Source: Octopus sinensis (lineage: Eukaryota). Taken from it: a DNA stretch of 64,000 bases. This document shows, one piece after another, positions 51,797-64,000 of the stretch. The notes beneath the pieces were generated by a model. It had not been told where the DNA came from and did no database searches. It saw only the letters and a list, made by a program, of their open reading frames with translations. The position numbers were made by a program, and so were the translations under genes. The DNA lies in the NCBI RefSeq assembly GCF_006345805.1, contig NC_042999.1, positions 118,854,001-118,918,000 on the forward strand, written 5' to 3'. How positions within the stretch are numbered: position 1 is the stretch's first letter; each line of letters opens with the position of its first letter.

Positions 51797-53150
51797 TACA
51801 CACAATAAAAATATTGCCATTCATTCTTATACAAGTTCTGACATTTCTAAGTACTCAAATCTCTCCATACATATGCAAATATATGTACACATACAAATAC
51901 AGATGAACACACAAGCATACAAATAGACAGACAAACAGACAGACAGATAGATAGACAAAGAAATTGGTCTCATTGTATTCCCTGTGTGATGATGAAAACT
52001 AAAAATTTATTGTACAATATAGTAACAATTCTTTGCTTGTTCAGTTAATCTGAAGAGTAACAGTTCTAGTTACACAAGATTTGTTTTAGAATGTTCTTCT
52101 TCTTAAGCAAATACAAGAACTATATGATAAATCTATTGCTATTTCAAACTCACATTTACCACATCATACACATACCTATACATAGCATTAATTCTTTTAT
52201 TAAAAGTTATTCATTGTCGATGACACCTTGGAAATATGTGGGAGACCTTAAATCTAAAGAAAGAAGTTCGTTTTCAATTTCCTGTAAAAAGTTCCTTTTG
52301 GTAATTCCAATTGTTCTTTCTGTTGTTTCTGGTAAAAGAAAAGTTGCATAAAACACCTCACATTTCTTGGTAGTGAAAGGAAATATTGATTTCTTGGAAT
52401 GAAGTCCGAAGCTAATTTTCACTGTTGAACATAGTATAGCCAGTTTCCATTTTAGTAAGTAAATCAAAGAAGTGGCAGTGTCCCAGATTTGTGAGACTGA
52501 TTGAGTTGAACCAAACCAATTCTCAGCCTGAACATCTACAGGTCAATGACTGTATGGAAAATGCGGATAGATATCTGGTGGATGATTTATAACAGAAAGA
52601 TGACAGCTAAAAGTACACATGAACCAGTTAATAGTGATAAAGTATGCAATGTATTAGGCCTACTAGCTCTTATTTCATTGACTCTTGAAAGATAAAAAGT
52701 AAAGCTATGACAAGGTTATATTTATCTTGGAATACGGAAAAATATAATTAAGCACTGAAAAGCCTTTTACAAGGTTACTTTCTACTTAATTATTTCTCCC
52801 AGTTCTGTAGAGGAGGAAATCAGTAAGTTGAAGCAAAAACTGTATCATTTTGATGACTATTTTGCCTATGCTAGCATGAACTAGATAAGACTTATTGAGG
52901 CAGAGTTTTCTGTAGCTGAATGCTTTTCCTGTAGCCAACACTTATTTGCTACTAAGATACTTATTCATCTACATCTTCAAATGATGAGTCACTCTAGAGC
53001 TGGGTATGTTTTAAAAGCAGTTGTAAACCATATCAAGTCACAAAGAGGGAAACACAAACACATGCACACACAGACACACACACATACTCACACTCTCAAT
53101 CATTCATGCACACTCATACACACACACACACACATTCTCTCTCTCTCTCA

Positions 53151-53184
<34 letters not shown>

Positions 53185-53399
53185 AACAGCTGCACAAATA
53201 TTCATTCATTCATTCATTTTAACATCAGGTTTCCTTTGCTAGACAAGTAGTTATTGTGACAGTTTTTATGGATGCATGTTATTTCTGTCACCAATCTTAC
53301 CTGTTTTTTCAAGTAAAGGATTTTAAAAAAAAATTCTAGATGTCTTTGAAAGCAGAGAGCAAGTAGTAGTAGGCATCCATTGGCCTCAAGAGGCCATGG

Positions 53400-53900
53400 A
53401 TTTGTGCCTGAAGAAATCGTGTCAGCTGCTAATGGTGGTGCAGCATTTTTTGTGGCTGTAGAGGTCCACACAGAAGTTGCAGTCAAGCATACAGTGACCA
53501 CATTTGAAGGAGCTCTCTGCTGGCACTACTGGTCTGTCTTTCTGTCAGGTGTGCTTTTCTTAGTGGTGAGTTCCTGTTTTTCTTCTTCTCACTTCATCCC
53601 TTTCACAATATTTGCCTCAAGCATGGGAAATCATTTGCGACCTCCTTCTTTTTCAGGATGTTCAGATCAAGTGACTTCATATCTCTCTAACATACATCCT
53701 TGAAACAAAGATGAGGTCATCTTTGTGCTCTTTTGTTGGTGGCCAGTTACTCGTATAGGAGGTCTTTTGGGATCCTCCTGTCCAGCATGCCATGTACATA
53801 ACCAAGCCAGTACAGACGATGTTTAGCATTTGAACCAGCCATATCCAGCTTGAATATACTACTTGTTTTATGCTCAAACTGGCTGTAATTGGCCTCTCAC
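53400..53900 (-). mobile_element. RTE (BovB-like) ORF C-terminal fragment
   Basis: Minus strand RLYWLGYVHGMLDRRIPKDLLYExLATNKRAQRxPHLCFKDVCxRDMK matches the RLRWxGHVxRMxDxRIPKxLLYGELxxGKR pattern. Confidence 0.75.
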
Positions 53901-55851
53901 ACCTATCCAAAAATATATAATCATATTTTTGAAGTCTCAAAGCTATAAAAGAATACAGGATTAATTCAAAATGATGAGAATAAATAAACATTATATTTGA
54001 CAAAGTAATCTGAAAATCAAAGGGTTAAAATAAACTTTAAAAAATACATTTTTAGTAAGTGGGAAAGAAAACAGGACCCTTCTAATCAGGAAAATGGCCA
54101 TGTTCTGTGTGCAGAAAAGAAATTTGTACATTTTAGAAGGTAGTTGTAAACAATATCAAGTGAGAAAAACATAGTGTAAGATACTACAGCATTCATAAGG
54201 AATTTGCTTCTAAACGTTTCCTGGCCAAGAAATTGTGTAAAATGTGCTCAGAATAAAATATGGACACATGAAAGCTGTAGTGGGATAGATAAACTGAGAA
54301 AGTAGATTTCATATGCAACAGGTGCACCGGGACAGTAATTAACAAGAGTACCCAGGTAAAAGCATGTCCCCAATGCCTATTCTCTGCAACCAATCTATCC
54401 CTGATGATCTTTTCCTTATTCTGTCACCATTCCTCTCCTGTAACTCATCTTTCTAGCATCCACCTCTCCATTATTCTTCTAATTACAGAATTATCCACTC
54501 ACCTGCTTTAATTATGAAAGCAGAACCCCACCTATTTCGTTTCCTACTGCTCACCCTCCCTTGCTGTCATCCTTTACCTCCTTAACACCCTCTGAACACC
54601 CTCTTTCCCTTCCCTCTTCAGCCCCACATTTTGCCAACAGCAGCCCTCTCCCCTATTACTTCAGTCTGTCTTCCACCATTTTCACCCTCATGTGCCTCTA
54701 ACTTTGTCCCTAGCACTGTGCATCCCTTTCACCCCCCCCCCTTTTATCTCACATCATCCTAGTTTCCACCTATAACCTCCCTGACACATTTACTTCCTCC
54801 ACCTTCCCCTCCAAAAGATACTCATCACTGACCTTGTTTCCACCAGTGTCCACCACTCACTGCATCTCCCTCTACCCACCTGCCATTTACCTCTCACTCT
54901 CCTGTCACCTTACATACCCGCCCACATCACTTCCCTTTATTCACCTTCCTTGTACTTGAAGGTACGTCCTGCCCATCTTCACCCTCATACTCTTTCTCTT
55001 TCAATTGGAGTAACTGTGCATCTCCCTTACATCAAGACATCTGTTCCAGTCCCTTTACCATTCTTAACGTCTCATCACCTGGCATAAAGCTACTTCCTTC
55101 GGTTCTACTCCCCACCTCACTACCCCAACACAACAACAACAATAATATCTTGGTTAAGAAAAGCCAGCAAAGATTTTAACAAAGCTGGTGAAGAAGATTC
55201 TCTAAGCAGAAAACCAGAAGGTTCGGTTGTGTGAGACAAAAAATCTCACAAATTATGGAGTGTACAAAACCATCTTATCTATCCTGGTGGTTCTGTGCTT
55301 TTATTGTTATTTTTATTTAACACCAGGTCAATACTGATCAGGAAATTCTATGACCATAAGTATTCTAACCATAGCCATCCCATCATTTTTCTTTTGTATA
55401 CCAGGGATTATATTGTTTCATATATCCTTCTTTATTTAAAATGGTACGGTGTGATTTGAGGGAGATTCAGCAGCTACTTCAAGCCAGTCATATGACTACA
55501 GCGAATATTCCATGCTAGCTTTGGTTTGTATGTTGTAGTGATAAATAGACAACTGCCATTTTATGGTGATAAGGGACATTTAGCATACTGCATCATATCT
55601 GTAAATAAATCACTCAGGGAATTGTGGACTTTGGCTGCAAGAAGGATATTGCAAAGACATAACTAGGAGTATAGTTTCAATTGGTTACCTATTTAGCTGT
55701 TTTAGATAAGTCATAGGTAAAGTACATGTGTTGCCAAATTGGTGAATGCCAAATTCCTTATAGTGGTTCAGGCTGCAAAAAACTATTGGAGTTCTTACCA
55801 TTTGGCTCACTCAGTGTACCAGGGAATTCAGATGTTAAAGTCATCACAACT

Positions 55852-56265
55852 ATTACTCTTTTACTCTTGTACTTGTTTTAGTCATTTGACGGTGGCCATG
55901 CTGGAGCACAGCCTTTAGTCGAGCAAATCAACTCAGGACTTATTCTTTGTAAGCCTAGTACTTATTCTATCGGTCTCTTTTGCTGAACCGCTAAGTTACG
56001 GAGACGTAAACACACCAGCATCGGTTGTCAAATGATGTTGGGGGGACAAGCACAGACACACAAACATATACACACACATACATATATATATGTACATATA
56101 TACGATGGGCTTCTTTCAGTTCCCGTCTACCAAATCTACTCACAAGGCTTTGGTCAGCCTGAGGCTATAGTAAAAGACACTTGCCCAAGGTGCCACGCAG
56201 TGGGACTGAACCCGGAACCATGTGGTTGGTAAGCAAGCTACTTAGCACACAGCCACTCCTACGCC
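55852..56265 (-). mobile_element. tRNA-derived SINE, family A, well preserved full-length copy
   Basis: Reverse complement begins GGCGTAGGAGTGGCTGTGTGCTAAGTAGCTTGCTTACCAACCACATGGTTCCGGGTTCAGTCCC. Retains many CpGs and has an (AAGAGT)n-like tail. Confidence 0.9.
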
Positions 56266-56329
56266 TATTGCTCACTTTACTTGTAGCTCCAGAGTAAAAC
56301 TCTCTAACAAAGTTCCTCTCAAGCCTTAC

Positions 56330-56510
56330 ATTTTTATTCCACCCATGTCACTACTATTTAGATACAACTTGGTGTAAAAAATCTTCTATCTCTCCAAACC
56401 AATAAAAACACTGGTCTTGACATTGTCCCTTCCATTACAACAGTAAATTGCAGAGATAGTACCCATCCTTGCTAAACTCTTCAATTTTTCTCCTTCCATG
56501 TGAAAAACAT
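56330..56510 (+). mobile_element. L2/Crack-like RT N-terminal fragment
   Basis: VKNLLSLQTNKNTGLDIVP and PILAKLFN resemble the KxxGPDxIP and ELxPILAKLFN RT motifs. Confidence 0.55.
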
Positions 56511-57429
56511 AGTTTAGTTATAATCATAATCTGTGAAAATATACGACATTATGTTTCCATAAACTGAGATAAATCGCAACATATGTTTCCATAGACAGCT
56601 CAAAAAAAACTCTAACCTGTAGAACTTACTCTCTGTCTACTCTCTGCTCATGTTTCTTCAGCATATATTGATATGAAAATGTTCAAATTGAACATGCCTC
56701 ACTGGTATCGCCTGAAACAGCCAACATTTCCTCTAATAAAAAAAAATGAAAAGAAAAATTGATAAAGAAAATTATAACAGAGATGAAAGTGAAAAACGAG
56801 AAGTAAACAAAACAAAAAGCACATCAAAAAGAAAAAAGCAACAACTGCTGCCGTTGCTGCTATCATAGTTGCTTTCTAAGCTGTCAGTGATTTCTGAGTA
56901 GAGATATAGCCTAGATATCAAAACTTGTTTTCAGTCATTGCATTTCTTAAAAAAAAAAAAAAAAAGGGAAAAATGTTTTCACAGAAACAGAAACTAAATG
57001 CAATATTACCCATATTAGCATTATCAACATTATCCAGTTAAAAATGTGAAAAAAGAAAGAAAGAAAAAATCAAATTTAGTTAGAAACTGGGCAGAGATTG
57101 GTACTGTGAAAATCTAGAAGTTGTCAGTCTCACCAAAAATAAGATAGCAGCAGAAATGGTAAAGTCATGATTTAAACAACTAAAAGTACGTTTTATTTAT
57201 CTATTTTGATTTTATGTAGCTTAGTGTGAATAGGAAGGTTAGAACTTAATATCTTTTTTTTTTTTGAGTCTCCAAGACTGATGGGAAGAAGTTATTCTCA
57301 GACAGAAGGCCAAACCTGATGTCTTGAAACCGAGTGGCCGCTGCTAAACATACTCAAAAGTCAAGTGGTGCGTATTGACCTGAGGTGAGGCTGTGTGAGC
57401 TTATATTTGATATTTTACCTTTTATATTT

Positions 57430-58210
57430 TTCTTATTTCAGTCACTGGACTGTGACCATGCTGGGACATTACCTTAATTGACTCCAGTAGTTATTTTTAA
57501 GCCTGGTAATTATTCTGTTGGTCTCTTTTTGCCCTACTGCTAAGCTACAGGGATGTAAGCACACCAACACCGGCTGCCAACTGGTGGTAGTGGACAAACA
57601 CGAGCAATCACGCACACACACCCACACACATACACACACACACTCTTTTACTCTTTTTTATTCTTTTACTTGTTTCAGTCATTTGACTGTGGCCTTGTTG
57701 GAGCACCGCCTTTAGTCGAGCAAATCGATCCCAGGACTTATTCTTTGGAAGCCTTGTACTTATTCTATCAGTCTCTTTTACCGAACCACTTAGTTATATG
57801 GACGTAGACACACCAGCATCAGTTGTCAAGCGATGATGGAGAGACAAACACAGACACACAAACATATACACACATATACATATATATACATATATACTAT
57901 GGGCCTCCTTCAGTCTCCGTCCACCAAATCCACTCACAAGGCTATAGTAGAATACGCTTGCCCAAGGTGCCATGCAGCGGGACTGAACCCGGAACCATGT
58001 GGTTCTTAAGCAAACCACTTACCACACAGCCATTCCTACACCTATGTCTGTCAGATATTTGTGACAGACTTCTTTCTGTTTTCATCTATGAAATCCACTC
58101 GCAAGTTTTGGTTCACCCTAGAAGGCACTTGCCCAAAGGGCCATGCAATGGGACTGAACCTGAACCCATGTTGTTGGGAAGCAAGTTTTTTACCATACAG
58201 CCGTGCCTGC
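57430..58210 (-). mobile_element. Three stacked family A SINE pieces (~57430-57600, 57646-58043, 58070-58210)
   Basis: Each aligns to part of 55852-56265. Confidence 0.8.
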
Positions 58211-58696
58211 CCCTGAAGACAACCTGAGGTTATCTCATCAACATACCACTCTTACATTAGATGACATTCTCTCCATGCCACAATCTAAAATAAGTTGTGT
58301 CCTAACTTCTAAGTCACAGATTTTCTCCAATTTTGTACATCAACAATTATTATCTAAAATAGGTTATGCCCTAGCATTCAGCAAATATATGCAGTATAAT
58401 GGATGATTCCATCATGGAGAATTTAATAAGGTGCTCATCTTTACAGGAATGTCATACTGTATTTGTCTTCAGACAGAACACTTTCTGCTAATAGCTATAC
58501 TAAGATCAATGCTAGTGCAATAAAATAGTTGCCAATCTTAGAGAAAATCAATCAATTCATTGACAAGAATCAGGCTGTTTCTTGACAATCCATATTTAGA
58601 GCTTTTCTCTATTTACCAGTTTTGTTCTCTTGACCAGCAGTTAATCAACATTTTCAATCTGGTTTTGTCAGCATCGTATTTATCTTAATATCAGTG

Positions 58697-58740
<44 letters not shown>

Positions 58741-59169
58741 AAATGATGAAGTACACATAGATTGAAACAGTATAACGAAATGGCTGATACATTTTATGAT
58801 GTAGGCAATGAAGTTGCAGAGTTATTAGGACAGATACATTGCTTTGTGGTATTTCTTCTGGCTGGCTGGCTGTACTCTGAGTTCAATACCAACTTTCTGT
58901 TGAAGGTAACTTTGTTTTTCAAACAATAAATTAAGTAGAAGCCAAGTAATGGAGTCAATATCTCACACTCCTTCTTCTCCTTCTCTCTCTCCCTCTCTCT
59001 CCCTCTATCAACCTCTCTCTTTCAACCTCCCTCTCATACCTTCCCTCTCTCTTACTGAGGTATTTACCTTAATGAAGGACATGCTCAATGCAAAGCTGGT
59101 CAAGACATTAGATGCCAGACTCTTCAATAGCACTGTCCTACCTATACTCTTATATGCATGAAATACTGT

Positions 59170-59490
59170 GCATGGCTCAGTTGTTAAAGCATTGGGCTCA
59201 CAATCATGTGATAGTGAGTTCAAATCCTGAATCAGGCTGTGTTTTGTATGCACATTATTTCATGTTGCTCCAGTTCATTCAGCCGTGGACATGAGTTGCG
59301 ATGTCACTGGTGCCAAGCTGTATTAACCTTAGCCTTTCCCTTGGATAACATCGGTGGCATGGAGAGAAAAGGCTAATATGCATGGGCAACTACTGTCTTC
59401 CATAAAACAATCTTGCCTGGACTTGTGCTTCAGAAGGGAAGGTTCTAGGAGTAATCCCATGGTCATTCATGACCAAAAAGAGCCTTTTTT
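59170..59490 (+). mobile_element. tRNA-derived SINE, third family
   Basis: GCATGGCTCAGTTGTTAAAGCATTGGGCTCACAATCATG...GAGTTCAAATCCTG head with A/B-box-like segments. Confidence 0.6.
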
Positions 59491-59599
59491 GCTTCCAATA
59501 TCACATGCTACATCAAAGGCAGACACATATCCACAAAGACTTTCCCCCCACACCAGCCTGAACTACCAAATTTCTTCCCACAGGGAGTTTCTGCCTATA

Positions 59600-59830
59600 G
59601 TCTACTCTCATACCATTTGATGGCATCCCAAGGTGCTACAAATTTTTGACTTTAAAGAAAGTTTCTGGTAAAACATGCAAGCTCTCTAAGTTGATTAAAT
59701 TGAGCTATGAGAAGGTTTATGGTTGAGTGAAGTGGAGTCATACACACTCTCCCTATCTTCCAAAACTGAGGGAGAATGTTTGAGCAAGGAGCTAGCAAAT
59801 TCTTTTCAGAAAAACTGTCAGTTATTGGTA
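59600..59830 (+). mobile_element. Decayed RTE RT core fragment
   Basis: PFDGIPR...KLSKLIKLSYEKVYGxVKW resembles AFDSIPR...KLxxLIKxLYxxxxxxVKW. Confidence 0.5.
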
Positions 59831-60739
59831 TTGTCCTGAAATAAGCTGATGTGCAATGCAACACAGAATGGAAAGAATTGCTATTCTTACCAATGGATAT
59901 CTTTAATTCTAGTTGAGGAGACTATTATTTAATAATCTCGTTTTATCCTTTGGCTCCTCTCTCACTTCAGTGTTTTCCTGCACCAAAACTCCACCCACTT
60001 CTCTTTCTTTTTTCATTTCACTTCTTTTCTCCCTCTCACTCAGTTTTTCTTTTGTATTACTTCCTGTCTGCATATGAATCTTATATTGTCTTGTGTTTTT
60101 CATCAGTTACAGCCAGTTTTTCAAATATAGAGAATGTAAAAATTCTGCTACCTTTCTTTTATTCTCCTCCTGTCAATTTTACTCTAAGACAGATTATGTC
60201 TGACACGATTGATACTACATTCTCCATGATATTTTCACTGCACTCTTTCTTTCATGTTTCTCTAAATATACAAGTCAGAAGTTATTTTGGCTCTAAAACA
60301 TTGTAGTTCAAGTCAAATTAGAACACTGTCATATGTTGCTGGAATCTTTTGTATATATTTTCATTACAATGTTAGTTAAGCTTACAATTTTCTTTTTTGT
60401 ATTCTTTTCTAAATTTTCTCTTGTACTGTTGTTAACACATATTTTTCTATGATTGTGGGGGTAGTGGAAATGGTATAATTACGTGTCATGTTGTATTTTG
60501 TTTTGTGCATTGATGTCTGAAGGTGAAATCTCATTGGAGTCAATATTGCCATTCATCTCATTATATTTGACAAAATAAATAAATAAACAAATAAACAGAT
60601 GAATAAATAAATTAAAAAGCATATATGTGCTCGAGTTGTTTCAGTCAACTATACTACTGTCTTACAATTGTATGGTTTAGTGCTGATATAAGAAATAACT
60701 ATTTGTAATTATCATTATTCAATGATTGTCACCATTTTC

Positions 60740-61265
60740 ATCATCATCACCATCATCATCATCATCGTTTAACGTCCGCTTTCCATGCTAGCATGGGTTG
60801 GACGATTTTGACTGAGGGCTGGCGAACCAGATGGCTGCACCCGGCTCCAATCTTGATCTGGCAGAGCTTCTACAGCTGGATGCCCTCCCTAATGCCAACC
60901 ACTCCGAGAGTGTAGTGGGTGCTTTTTACATAACACCGGCACAGGGGCCAGTCAGGCAGTACTGGCAATGACCTCGCTCGAATCTTTTTACACATGCCAA
61001 CAGCACAGGTGCCAGTAAGGTGACGCTGGTAATGATCACGTTCGAATGGTGCCCTTTTACGTGCCACCGGCACGGAAGCCAGTCAGCCGCTCTGGCAACG
61101 ATCATGCTCGGATGGTGCTCTTGGCACCCTACTAGCAAGGGCACAAGTGCCAGTAAGGCGACGCTGGTAACGATCACACTCAAATGGTACCTTTTATGTG
61201 CCATTGGCATGGAAGCTGGTTAGCTGCTCTGTCAACGATCACACTTGTATGATGCTCTTTGCACC
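60740..61265 (-). mobile_element. RTE-type 3' tail / RTE-related SINE, well preserved
   Basis: (CAT)n-CGTTTAACGTCCGCTTTCCATGCTAGCATGGGTTGGACG. CpG-rich, with internal repeats of GCCAGTAAGG-GACGCTGGTAA-GATCAC. Confidence 0.85.
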
Positions 61266-62714
61266 CCATCATTCAAATGTTGAAAGCTGCCTTACCCTAA
61301 CTGTTGAAGGTCTTATTCCTCAGAAGAGTCAACCCCAAAATGTCAAGTTTCAAATCTTGCCATGGTATGAAAACTTATACAATGTCTTAACCTACACTAA
61401 AAATGGTTGATAAATAGCATTAGTAAAACTACTGTAAAAGTAACAGATCAAATAATTAGTGATGAGTCAAGCAAGGATAAATATGATTAAGTGAACCTAA
61501 AATGCTATTAGCAAATATATTCTATCACCTTCAGAGGAAATATATGATAATTTGATTTCATCAGTGATTGAATATATACAGCAACTCTTCAATAACCATT
61601 ATCATGTCTTCAGCAAAAATTATTGTCAACTGCATCTTCGAAATGAAGATAAATGAGGACCTCAGTATATATGAATGAAACTTCACACACACGCACGCAC
61701 GCACGCATGCATGCGCATTCACAGATTATTTTATGCAAACACATACCTACATTATTTATCAAAAGAGGTGATATATTTACACCTACACATATATATATCG
61801 TTACAAATGAAAAATTATATTCAGATAATTTCTCATTCATACAACACTCTCTTGTTTTGCAAGAGTAGACGTAAAAAATAATTCTTTGTTGGGGCATGAT
61901 TTTGGCATGCTTTTTACTGTGTGGGTGAACTATAAAGACTACTAGCTAACATGTGATGAGTTAGTTCATGCTGGATGCTGATGTGAACAAGTGGCGATGA
62001 AGTCTGCTGGAAGATGATGTGTGACATTGACATGGGATGTGCTGGTGTGGATGGTTTTATGTAGTAGTCAGTACCATACTGTCAATCTGAGGCAGTCGAA
62101 GTGTGTGATGGTGCTGGGCAAATTCATAAGGAACAGTTGACACAGTATTTGGTGCCGAGTGTGAAGTTAGCTTTGGTAGTTAATATGAACAGTGAACTTT
62201 ATGAAATGGTACTGTGAATTTGGAGATAGCAACATTCCAGTCAAAAAAAGAAAAGGTAAAAAAAAATGATAGAAAATAAATCATTGGACTAGTGAATAAA
62301 AGAAGAGCTCACTAAACGAAGTCTATACATTTCAGAGGTAAATAAAAGAACTCTCTAAAAATTCTCTAAAGAATAAATGTTTCATAAATGTTTATTCCCT
62401 CTTAATTAAAGTTCTTTTATTTTGGTTATACTCAATGGTTTTGTTTGTTACTTTCAACTCTTCTAACTGCTTTAACTACTGCTTCTTCCATTCTAAGCCA
62501 GCTGATTTGCTGAGCTCACCAACAGTCTTCTGAGCTATCACACACTGACTTTTGGAGCCTGTTGGTGGTATCAGGAGGTTGTGTGTGGCATAACATACAT
62601 TATATATACAATGTTGGGTAAATAAATTGTTGTCTAAATTATGCAAAAAGGAAAATAACACTCACATCTCATTTTAACAGATATATTTACCAAAATCTTG
62701 AAATACTAAAGAGT

Positions 62715-63648
62715 AAATTTATTTAACAAAATCGCCACTGGCTTCAATCATGGCCTCCAGATGATTTCGGAATCTCCTGCAACTCTTCTGGATGGTCTCC
62801 TTGTTTAAATTGGTGAATACTGCCATAATCCTTGCCTTCAGGTCATCTTTGGTAGAGCAACGAGTTTTGTTGGTCTCTCAATCAACTGCACCCCACACAT
62901 AATAATCAAGGGGTTTGCAGTCTGAGGAGTTAGGTGGCCAGATGTTACAGGTGATGTGGTCACAGAAATTGTCTGACAGCCATGACTGGGTCCCCCTGTT
63001 TGTGTGGCATGGTGCAAAGTCCTGTTGCCAGACATAGGGTCTTCCAAAAGCCACTCTCTTGACCCAGGGCAGTATTACCTCTTCCAGGCACTTGATGTAG
63101 GCCACTGTGTTGAGTCTGAGGCCATGTGGGAAGATGAATGGAAGCATATCGTCGCCATCACTAGTGATCACTCCAAACACCATAATGTTGACTGGATATC
63201 ACACTTGGCGCATGTTTTGGGGACATGGCAAGTGAACAGTTGTTCTGTATGTTCACCATCTGATCCTGGCAAAAAGGGATCGTTGAACCTCACCAACAAA
63301 TTCAGGTGTTCTTTTCTTATCAGAATGATCAAAGTTAGTTTTCTGAACCGCCATACCTTTGTAATCACCTTTAGGCTCATCCAACTTTTTCCATATCTTC
63401 TGCACAGTCCTCAGATTGACACAAAGACCCTCTGAAATGTTTGTATTGGAGCTTCCAGTGTGAATGCCAATCAGTAAAGCATGTTGTTTCCAAATTTCTG
63501 GCAGAGTGAATTACAACATAGCGCTGTTTTTCTCACAGACGGTGCCCAACTGATCCTACTATGCTGTGTAGCCCACAAAATCAAAAACAAACTGTGCATG
63601 CGCGAAATTAAACATATGAAATGGTGACAATTTACCCATTTCACCCTG
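62715..63648 (-). mobile_element. Tc1/mariner transposon relic, DD37D (maT-type) transposase, internally deleted
   Basis: ORF 62878-63183 reads WQQDFAPCHT...WPPNSSDCKPLDYYVWG with 37 residues between the last two catalytic Asp. The terminus CAGGGTGAAATGGGTAAATTG is followed by TA at 63649-63650; I could not find the opposite TIR. Confidence 0.85.
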
Positions 63649-64000
63649 TATATTATATTACACACACACACACACACTCATATGCACACATACATACACA
63701 CACACAAATTTATATATATATATAGACACACACACAATATACACACACGGATACACATATATATACATGTGTGTGTGTGTATAAAGGATTATAACTGATT
63801 GGTTGGGGTATTCAGCTCATGATTATAGTCGTGAGTCACCTGGCAAGACACTTCATTGGACGTTGCTTCAGTCCACTCAGCTGGTAAAAATGAATAAGTA
63901 CCTGTATTTCAAAGAGTCGACCTTGCTATAGTCTGTGTCATACTGTATCTCTCTGAGAATTATATAAAGGGTAGAAGCATCTGTAGAGTGCTCAGTCACT

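Noticed and set aside
52047-52081. CTGAAGA followed by a perfect 5-bp hairpin (GTAAC/GTTAC)
   Set aside because: ACAA replaces GAAA and there is no stem III or stem I geometry; not a hammerhead as it stands.
59652-59864. Protein-like minus-strand ORF with plausible splice sites
   Set aside because: It is the antisense shadow of a plus-strand RTE RT fragment.

Overview
This is AT-rich, microsatellite-dense animal DNA. The SINE, RTE and Penelope-type repeats resemble those I recall from octopus (coleoid cephalopod) genomes; the taxon is an inference. Most of the window is intron-like or intergenic and filled with transposon debris. One ~1 kb host coding exon (832-1849, +) is supported, but I cannot name its product. 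Mobile elements include an apparently full-length, CpG-rich but frameshifted Tx1/L1-clade LINE inserted in a (CT)n tract (~33.3-38.6 kb), a long decayed RTE LINE (5.8-8.7 kb), and smaller RTE, L2/Crack-like, R4-like and Penelope fragments. There are also two Tc1/mariner relics (one DD37D), many tRNA-derived SINEs and RTE 3' tails, and a CpG-decayed tRNA-Asn(GTT). The most unusual signal is a set of minimal type I hammerhead ribozyme motifs, found by eye, at about 5.6, 22.9, 32.0, 45.4, 46.4 and 47.7 kb. Most have a palindromic or near-palindromic stem III and sit in fold-back (inverted-arm) elements or next to Penelope RT/GIY-YIG fragments, with three different fold-backs stacked within 44.2-47.7 kb. 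All calls come from reading the sequence; no searches or folding programs were run, and repeat boundaries are approximate.
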